Assembly: GCA_010093815.1 (NCBI GenBank)
Contig: ML996592.1
From: Pseudovirgaria hyperparasitica
Lineage: Eukaryota
Direction: 5' to 3' (one strand)
Length of the DNA stretch: 58,250 nt
Shown here piece after piece: positions 40,734 to 52,049 of the stretch. How positions within the stretch are numbered: position 1 is the stretch's first letter; each line of letters opens with the position of its first letter. The position numbers and the translations under genes were made by a program. The notes beneath the pieces were generated by a model, which did not search any database, was not told the DNA's origin, and saw nothing but the letters and a program-made list of their open reading frames with translations.

Positions 40734-41165
40734 CTATAATAGATATATCTAGTAGATAAAGCGCTATAGAGTAAAGTTTACTCCTAAGAAATACTAACTT
40801 ATATACTTTATTAACTACTATAGAAGATAGACTACTAAGAAGAAAGAGTAATACTCTAAAATAGATACCTTTACTAAACCGCTAATATAAAGTATATATA
40901 TACTTAGTATTATAATTAATAATAAACTTAAATAGAGACCGTAGATTATATATACTATATCTAGAGCCCTTAATATAGAAGCTACTATATACTAGGTTAC
41001 GGCCTCTATATAGGGAACCGCCTAGAATAAGATATACTAGCTATATATTACTATAGTATAACCCGCCTTTATATAAGAACACGAGTACTAGTATATAGCC
41101 CTTATATAGACTAGACGAATAAAGATTAAGACTATATAGAACTATATACCCTATCTTATATCTAG

Positions 41166-41536
41166 TATAGTAAGCTATTTTTAGATATATTCCTTTAAAG
41201 AGAGAGGTTTACTCTTTAATAAGATAGATATAATAAAGTTACATCTATAACTTCTATATACTATAAGTACTCTTTAACCTTATAAGTATTTATTACTTCT
41301 CTTATATAATAGAAGGGGTCTATATAATACTTATAATCGATTCTTTAATAACTATATCTATTAATTAATATCTATAGAAGCCTATAAATATAAAGAAAAG
41401 CTAAATAGTTAAATATTAGTAATAGGGAGTGCGTATATATTAAAATAAGTAGAGAAATATCCTCCTTAAGTATATAAATATACTATATAATTAAGCTAGA
41501 GATATATATATAGAGCTATAGATACGGCCTTCTATA
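41166..41536 (-). repeat. Candidate 3' LTR (~371 bp)
   Basis: Ends TATAG...CTATA are consistent with RIPed TGTAG...CTACA. It is followed on + by TATACCTCCCC (a GGGGAGG PPT on the minus strand). The partner LTR is not in the window. Confidence 0.55.
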
Positions 41537-41681
41537 TATACCTCCCCGGCCTATAGAGCTACTACTCTTAGTAGTATAATAGCCGTTATAGAAACTATAT
41601 AAAAAACACCTAAGAAAGCTATCTATAAAATAAAGGAAAAGGCTAATAATAAGTAGTTATTATAGATAAATATTAGTCTAG

Positions 41682-41714
41682 ATTATTAGTTAAGGGTAGC
41701 CCTTAACTAATAAT
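41682..41714. repeat. Conserved palindrome copy outside any LINE, at the 3' end of the dioxygenase-like ORF
   Basis: ATTATTAGTTAAGGG-TAG-CCCTTAACTAATAAT. The flanks do not match LINE 5' or 3' flanks. Confidence 0.95.
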
Positions 41715-43078
41715 TAGATAGATTTAGATATCTATTCTTAGTCTTTAAGGTTCTAAGCTAGCTCTTTAAGAATTATATTACTTAATTTAGATAGAATAGA
41801 ATTATTATTATTAGAGATTCTATTAGACCACTCTTATCTATAGAAGTTCTCTATATTATTAGATAGTATAGTATTAGATAGGTATTTCTTAAAGTTAATA
41901 GACTACTTCTCGCCTCTAGCCTTATTAAACTCCTTCTAGAATAATCTATCCTTATAGACCTCTCTCTCTAGTTCTACTATCTTTATAAAAGTTTCTATAA
42001 ATACCTTAGTAGTATCTTTAAACCACGCGTTAGTCTTTTACTTTAACTTCTAAGATCTAGTATTAAGCTATATAGCGGCCTCCCTATATACTTTCTAGCT
42101 ATTCTATCTTTTCTAGCTAATAAGAGCATTACTTACTATATTAGAACTTAAGAGCTAGATAGTAGCTAGAAAGACATATAGAATAGCACTATACTTATTT
42201 AAGAAACTAGATAGAGATATAGACCCTAGCATTAGATTTCTATATACTACTATAAGCTACTTCTAAATATCTATTTCTAGTATCTCTATTATTATATAGT
42301 TAGAGCTAATAGAGATATACTATAGAAATATTATATATCTTACCCTCTTTACTAGCTCTAGAGCACTATATATTATAAGAGGGCTAGATATATAGACCTT
42401 AAGGGCCTTATAAGGTATAGATATAAATAGACTAAACCTCTACTTATCCTCTATATTATAGATCTTATTATTAATAGTAATAACTATACTATATCTATTA
42501 ACTTCTAGACAGAGCTTTATCTAGATCTACTATTCTTCTAGAAACTTATATAATTATAGAATAATAATAGTAAAGTTATCTTTTACTTATTATTAAAACT
42601 AATACTTTCTTAGATTATATTAGTACTATAATAGTTATTAGAGTTAAGTACTCTATTAATTAAGTTATCTAGATACTAGAATATAGTTCTATCTTCTAGT
42701 CTCTAGAACTTTATATAATATAGATATAAAATTAGATAATAGTTATAGTTAGATCTATAGACTATATAAGAAAGCTAGTATATAGAATATTAATAGACTA
42801 GCTACTAGATATAAGAGTAGTAGATAGTATATAGCTATCTATAATAATAATAATAATATTATATAACTAGGTAGAGTAGTACTCTATAGGCCTATGCCTT
42901 CTCTAGTCTAAGCCACTATATAAGAAGAAACCCTATAGGGAAAAACTTCCTTATATCTATAACTATATCTCGTTAAACCTCTATTTCGTCTTAAGTATAT
43001 AGCTATAGAGTACGCCTATTAGCCTATAGCCTATATTACCGTTATTTTACCCTTAGGTAGCACGTGTAGGTGCGGAGG

Positions 43079-43109
43079 TTATTAGTTAAGGGCTGCCCTT
43101 AACTAATAA
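43079..43109. repeat. Conserved palindrome copy (LINE-C 3' position)
   Basis: TTATTAGTTAAGGGC-T-GCCCTTAACTAATAA. Confidence 0.97.
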
Positions 43110-46100
43110 TCGGGGTTCTCCCGGGGTTCTTCCGGTATATATTAGATTACTACCAGCGTATACCGGGTCTCTTCCGGTATATATTTCCGGGTCTACTAGT
43201 ACTAGAGGAGTAGTAGATATATAAGTATCTATCGGGAGACATCCTTAGGGTACTTATTAAGCTATTATACGATATCTAAAGTCTTTATAACGTAGATAAG
43301 CTATTACCGTTATATATAGAGGTTAGGGTATATAGCTAGATAGTGGCGTATTATACCTCTCCGGCCGCACGCCTTATACTATAGGGAGGTATCGGGAACG
43401 CCTCTCTTATAGATATAGTATAGAAGTCCTATGGCGCCCGTTCGGGCTTAGATAAGTATAGATACTTAGGCTTTCGTTAGCCCTTTATATATCTATTTAC
43501 TTAGTTCCTTCTATAGCCCTCGAATCTACTCTAGATACCTATTCTACTAGGAGGTCTAGTAGGTATAGAGTGCCTCTTTCTACTTATCTTAAGTCCATAA
43601 CTATATATTTTTTATAAGTTCTTAAAGGCTCTACTAGTCTAGGAGAGCGTCTAGATTATCTCGGACTTCTTATACTACTTAGCTAGAGTCGGCTTCTATT
43701 AAGTACCTATACCGTATTTAATTCTAGCCTATATATAGGAGTGCGCGGTAATATATACTAATTCATATACGTAGCGCGGCGAAAGTATATTCTACGTTTC
43801 CTATATATTCTTATACTTATTATTTAGTAAAGTATACTACTCTCTATATCTAGTAGAAGTTATATATACTTATAACGTCTATCTTACGTTATAGTAGTAC
43901 TATATTAGTAGCTTTATATACGCCTAATATAAGATAGAGTATACGGTTCTATATAGATTCGAGCTTTATTCGCCTAGTCTATATAAGGGCCGTGTACTAG
44001 TACTTATATCCGTACATAAAGGCGGGTCGTGCTATAGATATATATAGCTAGCGTGCCTTATCCTAGGCGGTTCCCTACGTGGAGACTATAATCTATTATA
44101 TAGCGGCTTCTACCCGGAGGGCCCTAGAGACGGTATATACTACTTATGGTCCCTATTTAAGCTTACTATCTAGTATAACTCTAAGCGCGCGTATGCTTTA
44201 TACTAGTAGTTTATTAAATACGTCGATTCGGGGGCGTCGTTCGCCTTCCCTAGTTATCTATTTCCCTTAATAATTAATAAAGTATATAAGCTAGTATTTC
44301 TCCGGGGCGAACTTTGCTCCGTAGCATTTTACCTACTAGAGGTATCTCTTATAGTTCTATTCTAGTCGTCTATACGTTCGGTTAGTATTATTATTAATAG
44401 CTAGGAGATATATATTATCGGCGTATCCGACTACCTCTATATACTTTATTCCTTAAAGAAGGTCTACTATAAAGAAGAGAAATAGAATCGGAGAGATGGT
44501 ACTCCCTTATAGAATGCTATATACCGTCTCTTTATATTCGCTCTAGTACCTAGAGATATATATCTAAGTTACTCTTCCTATAAGGAATAACTATATAAAG
44601 CGTATAATCCATTCTAGTATTCGTCTTATCCGGAGGTTATAAATAAGTCTTATATAGTTTACCTTATTAAACGCTCCGGCTATATCGAGGGAGAGGAGCG
44701 ATACTACCCGTCCCTATTTCTATATAGCCTAGACAACTTTAATAATATATTAGATAGCTATTATTAGGGAGCTATCTATCTTTACCTTCTAGTTCGGAGG
44801 AAGGAGATTATATTTCTATACCGCGGTACTTATCTTCTTCGCTATCATAGCCTCTAGTATCTTACCTAGGTAGAAGAGAAGGGCGATTAGTCTCCATCCC
44901 TTTAGGGAGTTAGAGCTCTTTCCTAGCTTCGGGAGTATAATAGTATAGATAACTCGGAAGCTCTAGGGGTGGTACCCCTACGTGACGCATGCTTAGAATA
45001 TACGAGTAATAAGTAGTAGAGTCGCTTTTATAGTACTTTTTAGGCATTAATTTAGAATTCCATCTGGTCTAGGTACTTTATCATTTAGGAGTATCTTAAT
45101 AATATTAAGTATATTCTCCTCCGTAACTTCTTCGGGGATATCTACCGTATATAGATATTCGGCGCTATGAACGTCTAATAGGTCTACTAGTTCCGGGAGA
45201 GGGAATATAGCCTCCTATAGGGCCTTAGTTTTCTTAAGGCCCATGGAGTATATTCTCCCCTAATATATTAGGGGAGGCATAAGTAGCGGGGGTGTTAGAG
45301 TATCTACGCCCTTAGCCTATTTCGCCATGCGCTATAGCCCTATTACGTATTATATTTATTAACTAGTAATTATATACTACTATTTACGCCTTTCGTTACG
45401 GAGGACTTTATCGCGTTATTATATCGCTTCCTTCTATTCTTTCTACGACTCGGGTATTCTCGTATAGTATACGCGTCTATATAGCCTTTAGGCGTCTTAT
45501 CTACTTTCCCGTACTTAAGGAATCCCCTTTACTTCCGGGGGCCGGTATATTTAGTATAGTACGTATTTATTTCTTATATTCTAGTATATTTATAGAAGTA
45601 TCTATACGGCCTAGTCTATGGCTAGGTCGTTAGATATATTAACTATAGAGGGATCTAGAATCGCCGATTCTAGGTCCTTTAGGTACTTTTTCTAGTTGGT
45701 GTCCTTCTATATCTATCATCCCCGTTATTCATTCGGGGTATATACGTTTATTACGGTTTCTATATATTCATGGTTAGAATCCGTCTATACCTGGCCTAGG
45801 CGGTAGTATTAGATCTAGTAACTAATATACTCCGTAGCGAAGGTAAGGTTAAGCGTGAACCCGTCTTCGTCCTATTTATATTTTTTCTATATAACTTATT
45901 CTATAGGTATAAGTAGGTATAGAAAGTCGTGGTAGCGGGTACGTAGTTCCCTTACTCTAAGTTCTTCCCTAACTATAGCTAGGCCTCCCTACTATTAGTG
46001 GTGGAGGTTAAAGTCTCCTAGAAGAATATGTTACCCTAGTTCCGTAGTACCCTCGAGTATCTTATCTAGTATAAGTACACGTTATTAGTTATATATATTA

Positions 46101-47855
46101 TATATATATAGGGGGCCTATATCTATTTATAGGTGTAGTATTATTCTAAGGTTATCGCGCTTAGTATATAACTATAATAAGAGTAGTATTAACCTATGAA
46201 TATGGAAGAGGACTCGTCTTTCTAGTCCTAGAGAGTATATAGTATGGTATCCGGGGTATATAGTTAGTTTACTCGTCTAGTAGTATTTATAGGGTTCCTA
46301 GATGGCGAGTATTATGGCCCCGGTCTCTTCAAGGAGCGTCGCCTAGTTCTCTCTTTTATATTATATATTTATCTATATAATTTAGAGTATATTCTAGTCC
46401 CTTATTAGGTACTAGGGAGTATATATATCTATATACTTATTCCTTAGAGGCGCGACTATCCTCGCGCGGTAGCGGCTTTAACTATACCTTTTAGTCGTCC
46501 TATCGTCTTCGGGATAGTCTACTATTCTATCTAACTACCTTCCGGAGGGGAGGTTAGGGGTATTATAAAGGAAGGGCTCATGGTAGGTATTATATTCTAT
46601 AACTATCTCGTGCCTCTTGCTTTTATCGTACGAATATATTCTATAACCTATTTACGTTTTATATACGTTAACGACCACGACGGGTGTTTTCTATCGTAGT
46701 TTAAATACTATACTATATCCCTATTTCTTAGTCCGTCTCCTCGCGGTTTATAAGGGCACTTCTAGATAGTATAGTCCCCACGGTACTATCCGCACTTAGT
46801 CTTCTATAAGTACCTTTATATAGTATATCTATACCCTTAATAGTTAAAGCACTATATTATTACCTATACTCTATTCTATGGCTCGGCTATAAGGAGCTCT
46901 CCTTCTATTAGGAATCCCTTCTATATAATATATTATACGAGGGCGGGGTCTCGGAGCTCTATAATTATAGTAGAGTGTTTTTTCGCCGTCGTCTTAATCG
47001 CCTATGGATTCTTCTACCACGCTTTTACGATCTTAATCCCTAGGTATTTTCGCGTGTTAGATTATTCTATACGCGTAATATCCTCCGCTCTAATAGCCTA
47101 TCCCTATACGGGTACTACGCGTACTATAATTAGGTATATAGCTACCCTAATAGACGCGCCGGGGAAGATACTACCTATTACGTTCGGATCTCGCGAGATG
47201 TTTTACTACGTAGTATTCGTTATAGTAGTAAGTACTACTCTACCTAGTATAACTTTAGTAGCCACGACGCTCGACTATATTCCTTTCTATTCGTTAATCT
47301 TATTTATAATTTCCTTTAGAGATGCCCGTTAGACCTATACTAGCGTATCCTTATTCTAGATTATAATACGTATACTATATACTCTATCTATAGTTCTAGT
47401 AGTCCTTAGTGCGGTGGCTCCGGGTATTACTATAATCTAAGCCTACGTATTAGGGCGCTTACCTTAGAATAGCTCTTTCTAGATTCTCCGTAGGCTGGCT
47501 TCTATTCGGTCGAGCCTACTACTAGGTTCCTCTTATAGTAACTTCCTTTCTTCCTCTATAATTCCTCTTAGGTTCCGGATAAGGTCCTAGAATATATAAA
47601 GAAGGGTCTTCTTTCCCTTCTCGGCGTCCCTCTCTACACGTATTACCTAGTATTTAAATTTATCTAGAAGGGTCTCCCCTCTCGGGGTCCCCTCGGTCTA
47701 GATTATCTATAGCGCTTTACACCCTTAGTTAGTTCCTATATTTTAGATAGGTATCTAGCTATCTATATTAATATCGCTATATGGCCGTTTCTACCGTACT
47801 AGTAGGGGTATATCTAGCGTATACCGGGGTATTACGATGCCTAAGGCCGCCATAG

Positions 47856-47886
47856 TTATTAGTTAAGGGTAGCCCTTAACTAATAA
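47856..47886. repeat. Conserved palindrome copy (LINE-C 5' position)
   Basis: TTATTAGTTAAGGG-TAG-CCCTTAACTAATAA, two bases from the ORF1 start. Confidence 0.97.
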
Positions 47887-50132
47887 AAGGGGGTTAGCGT
47901 GTTAGCGTTTATTAGATATAGTCTATACTCATGTTATCGAAGAGTCTTTAAGCGTATATATATAGTATCTCTATACGTCGGTATCGTCGTATATTATATA
48001 CTATACGTACGTACGTGTGTCGGAGGTTATTATACTCGGTATACTCTATTATTTAATGTATGTAAATCGCTGTTTTGCCCCGAATTGACCAGTTTGGTCC
48101 GTTAGGGTGTAAGAAGTTTTTTTTATATAGCTATCTATAGTTTAACTTATTATTATATCTCTACTAGTAGTATTTATATATCTTAAACTCTAGTCTACTA
48201 AGTTTAAGAATACTTTTATTAAGAATAGTTATTTTAGACTTAAGAGGTTTAAATATTCCTATAATATTAATACTCTCTATCTTATTCTATTTTATAAGAT
48301 ACTAATCTTCTAACCTCTTATTTTATTTCTAGATAAGAAATATAATACTATTAAGTATCTTCTATATATCTATAACTAGTTTAGATATATTAGAGATATA
48401 AAAGTAATAGACCTCTAATATCTCTATAGAGTATAGTAGCTAGGTATATTTAGTAAACTATATATAATATCTATTATCTACTTTAAGGGCTCTAATATTA
48501 TCTCTAAAGTTAAATACTTTCTTAAGTCTTACTACTAGATTTATATAGAATATTCTAATTAATATCTTATTTTTTCTAGCTATATTCTAATAATACTTAA
48601 AATAGACTCTATAAGGGATAGCTCTATTAACTATCTATTCTTTCTATTTAACTAGTAGAGCTATATCTTTAACTACTATAAAGTTCTTCTTTAAGAACGC
48701 TACTACTTTAGATATCTTTATTACTAAGGGTATATACTTATAATACTTAGAATCTTCTTCCTTCTTTTCTTCTACTACTATTAGAGTTATCTTAGACTAT
48801 AAGACTCTAGTAACTAATCGCTACTATAAGTATATTTTTAGTAGATATTAAGGGTCTACTAGAAAGATATATCTATAAGTAGACTTTATTAAAGAAGTTA
48901 TAATAGATACTAAAGAAGTCTAAGTATAAGTAGACGGTAAATATATCTCTATAGTAGATAGATAGTATATTTCTAATCTAGAAGGTATACCTTAAGAGAG
49001 TAATTTTACTATAGATATTACTTATACTTACTTTAGTAATAGTAGCTCTAGAGATAGAGATAATATACTTATCTTCTTAATCTATAAGAACTACTCTATA
49101 GATCTATAGACTATTCTACTAACTTAAGAGTACTAGTTAATAGAAATAATAAGTTCTATTCTATTATAGAATATTAATTTATTTTATTAACTAGAGTAGT
49201 CTTAGAGCTATTAAAGAGAGGGTTCTCTTATATTACTATCTCTAGCTATAATAGTATTAATATTAGAACTCTAGAGATATACTTTAATTTCTTATTCTTT
49301 CTATTCTTAACTAATTTAAGACTATAAAGATATATTTAACTAGTCCCTTACTTATATCTATTACTATATTTATAAGAGTACTACCAGCTTTTCTATAAAG
49401 TTCTATATCTACTATAATAGTCTAAGAGTAGATTAGAGTAACTAGCCTTCTATATTAGAGAGGTCTTTTTACTAGTTCTATAGAATTATATTTTTAGTCT
49501 TTAGAATATATAAGTTAGTATCTCTTTCTTAATAAATTATCTTATAGACTTCTTTTAGAATAGAGGATTTAATCTTAACTTTACTATATTCTATTATAGC
49601 TTCTATCTTCTAGAATATATTAACTATACTACTTAAAAGTTATTCTATAAGACTAGTAGTATAATAAAGATTATTAAATATATCTAGAATATAATTATAG
49701 TATTTCTATAGATCTTAAATAGTAAGAATATAGTTAATAGTAGAGGTATTTACTTCTATAATATCTACTAGTAGATCTTAAGAAATAGTAGATAGTCTTA
49801 AGACTATAAGGGTAGTTAAAGGCCCTACTTTAGTACTTATAACCCTTAACTATAATTATATCTATCTTATCTAAACTTATTAATCTTATAATTCTTTATA
49901 AGTAGATATCTTCTTTTTTAGTAGAGCTATTACTATTATTAGTTTCTATAAGAAAATATAGAGATATAAGAGAGAGTTAGTATAGAGAGAGTATTAGAGA
50001 GATTAAGAAGATATAAAGAGAAGAGAGTTCTATACTTCTTATATACCTTATTCTATACTTTATTAAATACTAGGTATATAATAAATTTTATAAATAGACC
50101 TTTATTAATAGCTATATATCTATATATATATT

Positions 50133-50660
50133 AAATCTATAAATAAGTATATACTAGATATATAGAAAATCTATAAATAAATATATACTAGGCGCTTAGT
50201 AAAATCTATAAATAGATAGACGCTAGGTATATCTCTATCTCTTTATTATAAGGTTTTCTATAAATATCTTTTTTTTATTAACTTTCTTTTTCTTTTCTTC
50301 TTTTCTTTATTAGTTTTAATAGAGTTCTATATAAGTATAGTATAAAGTAAGCTTTTATAGAAAGACTTTAAATTTATATATATCTCTTTTTATATCTTCT
50401 TTACTTTAATAGTAATATTTATTATTTTACTATAATAATAAAGCTTATCTTTACTATAATAGTAGAGTTTATCTTTATAGATAAATAGATATAGAGTATA
50501 TAGAGAATCTATAAATAAAGATATTCTAGATATATAGTAAAATCTATAAATTAATAGATACTAAGTATATCTTTATTCTTATAAGACTTTCTATAAGTAT
50601 CTTCTTTCTCTAGACTTTCTTCTTCTATTCTTTTTCTTATTAGTTTTCTATAGAATTATT
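50133..50660. repeat. Degenerate 34-35-bp repeat array within a ~340-bp duplicated block between the integrase and dioxygenase ORFs
   Basis: AAATCTATAAAT cores at 50133, 50167, 50202, ~50505 and 50540. 50167-50310 resembles 50505-50660. Confidence 0.7.
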
Positions 50661-51154
50661 AGAGTCTTTAATAGATAGACTTTAATTATATAACTAGCTT
50701 ATATATAGCGGGTAGACTATAAATATACCCTTACTTATATTTTTCTTTACGTCTTTCTTAGTTTAATACTTATATTTTTCTTTATATCTTTCTTTATTTA
50801 ATAATAAGACTTATTATTTCTTAGTAATAATAGAGTTTATTACCTCTTTTTAATAATAGAGCTTATTATTATAAGACTACTTCTTAAAAGTATCTTCTTT
50901 CTCTCTTTAAAAAAAACTTCTATTCTCTAGAAGAAGATATTAGTCTTAGAAAAGTATATATACTTCTTTCTATTAAAGTTTTATAAAGTAGAAATTACTA
51001 CTTCTACTTATACTTATATAGCGTTATTAAGGTATTCTATAAGCTATGTATAGTATTCTTTCTTATTACTACTCTTATTATTCTAATAGATAATTCTTTT
51101 AATAGATAGTTAGAAGAACTTATTATACTACTTACTACTTATATTATATATAAA

Positions 51155-52040
51155 ATACTTCTTTAGTCTATAGCTTAGAAACATTTCTTTAAGTCTAGTT
51201 CTATCTAGTTCTATAAGCTAGTAGATATAGTTAAATACTAACTAGATTCTATATAGCCCTCTCTAATACTATTTTAGTTTCTATTCTATATTTATTTATT
51301 ATTATAAATTATATAAAAGAATAATAGTATTAATCTATAATAGTTCTTAATAGAGGTAATAGTTATTATTCTATACTTCTCTTAATTCTTTATAAATCTA
51401 TATAGTATAGATATATACTTCTTAAAGATTCTCTAATCTTCTCTCTAGTTATCTAGCTTAAAGAGTAAGTAAGTCTAATATTAATTTTATCTTATTCTAA
51501 GAGAGTATTTAGAATAATCTAAATTTAATCTCTATAGATATAATTAGTTTATAGCTAAGTATAAAGTATATAGTACTATATCTAGTACTAGTATAAGTTA
51601 TAATTCTATCTATCTATATAACTATATAGAGGTATTTAGACTAGTTCTTAAATCTACTATTAGTTATCTTTATTAGAGTATTAGTAAGTAGTATAAAGCT
51701 TCTCTTAATAATTCTATTTATATAGAGATTATATATAGATATAACCTTCTAATAAATTCTATAGAGTTAGAGAAGTTCCTCTATAGTATCTATGTTCTCT
51801 CTTCTACTACTATAAGTAATCTTAGAAATAATTCTATATCTATAAATAATATTTTTAAAGAGGAACTTTATAATAATAGTAGATATAGCTACTATATATA
51901 CCTCTACCTTAGTCTATCTACTTAGCTACTCTCTTATAGATACTATCTTACTATACTCTATAGAAGGTAGTAGCGTTATTATATCTAGATATATTCTTTA
52001 CTAGAGAATAGACGTTACTATATAGTAGAGTCCTTTATTA
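51155..52040 (-). pseudogene. Retroviral-type (rve) integrase core plus GPY/SH3-like tail
   Basis: De-RIPed reading W.RVHLDV..LP...Y...VSARE.LSGW.EA......S..IAKFLFENIICRHG....T..GGGEN......L..YGI....SAYNP.ANG.VERG...L...L.KMT.G....W..YL.AV.WADR.T....TGYS..., then LLALRARQLERR and KL...WRGPYRI...Y.L.ELDGT.LK.MF...RLKKYF. Confidence 0.85.
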
Positions 52041-52049
52041 AGACTACTA

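Larger units (their letters stand above)
8616..41165 (+). mobile_element. Old, heavily RIPed Tad1-like LINE (LINE-A) split into pieces 8616-8867, 23756-23919, 29500-32648 and 40739-41165 by nested insertions
   Basis: Starts with AAAACTTCTT like the other LINE 5' ends. The pieces join collinearly with the LINE at 13204-18527 once the TSD-bounded insertions (GTAAC, TATAAAGTACTATA, CTATA) are removed. The 3' remainder is not seen in the window. Confidence 0.85.
42844..48123 (-). mobile_element. Full-length Tad1-like LINE (LINE-C), moderately RIPed
   Basis: 16-bp TSD TATATAGCTATCTATA (42828-42843 and 48124-48139), ORF1 ATG at 47853, GYADN at ~44415-44429 (reverse complement), and an (ATA)n tail at the left end. 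Confidence 0.95.
41715..49940 (-). pseudogene. RIP-inactivated 2OG-Fe(II) dioxygenase-like (PhyH-like fold) gene with a long N-terminal extension, split by LINE-C (coding parts ~41715-42843 and ~48124-49940)
   Basis: The de-RIPed reading crosses the LINE-C TSD in frame: EF.MY..H...NYGWLR..Y.S..QQL.RQ.P.Y...Y...RPD.N.RL.SYPYY.K...GD.T.F.HLD (HxD at 42667-42675)...IQGS.SFDDE..N.TII.P..H..L.EWW...HGA (42362-42370)...R.R..FPW...AHR.L...SPSG..NKYG.IPY.FPA..L....S.AL...RW. One 1-nt frameshift near 42580. The start is approximate. Confidence 0.62.

Noticed and set aside
44079..48105. ORF-track ORFs 44079-44270, 47054-47332 and 47899-48105 (+)
   Set aside because: They are antisense to LINE-C coding or 5' UTR sequence and are not independent genes.
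48124..48180. Apparent Ulp1/SUMO-protease QQ...NCG motif after reversing RIP
   Set aside because: Reading across the LINE-C TSD fits EF.MY..H...NYGWLR of the dioxygenase-like domain better. The Cys reading was an artefact of TAT ambiguity.
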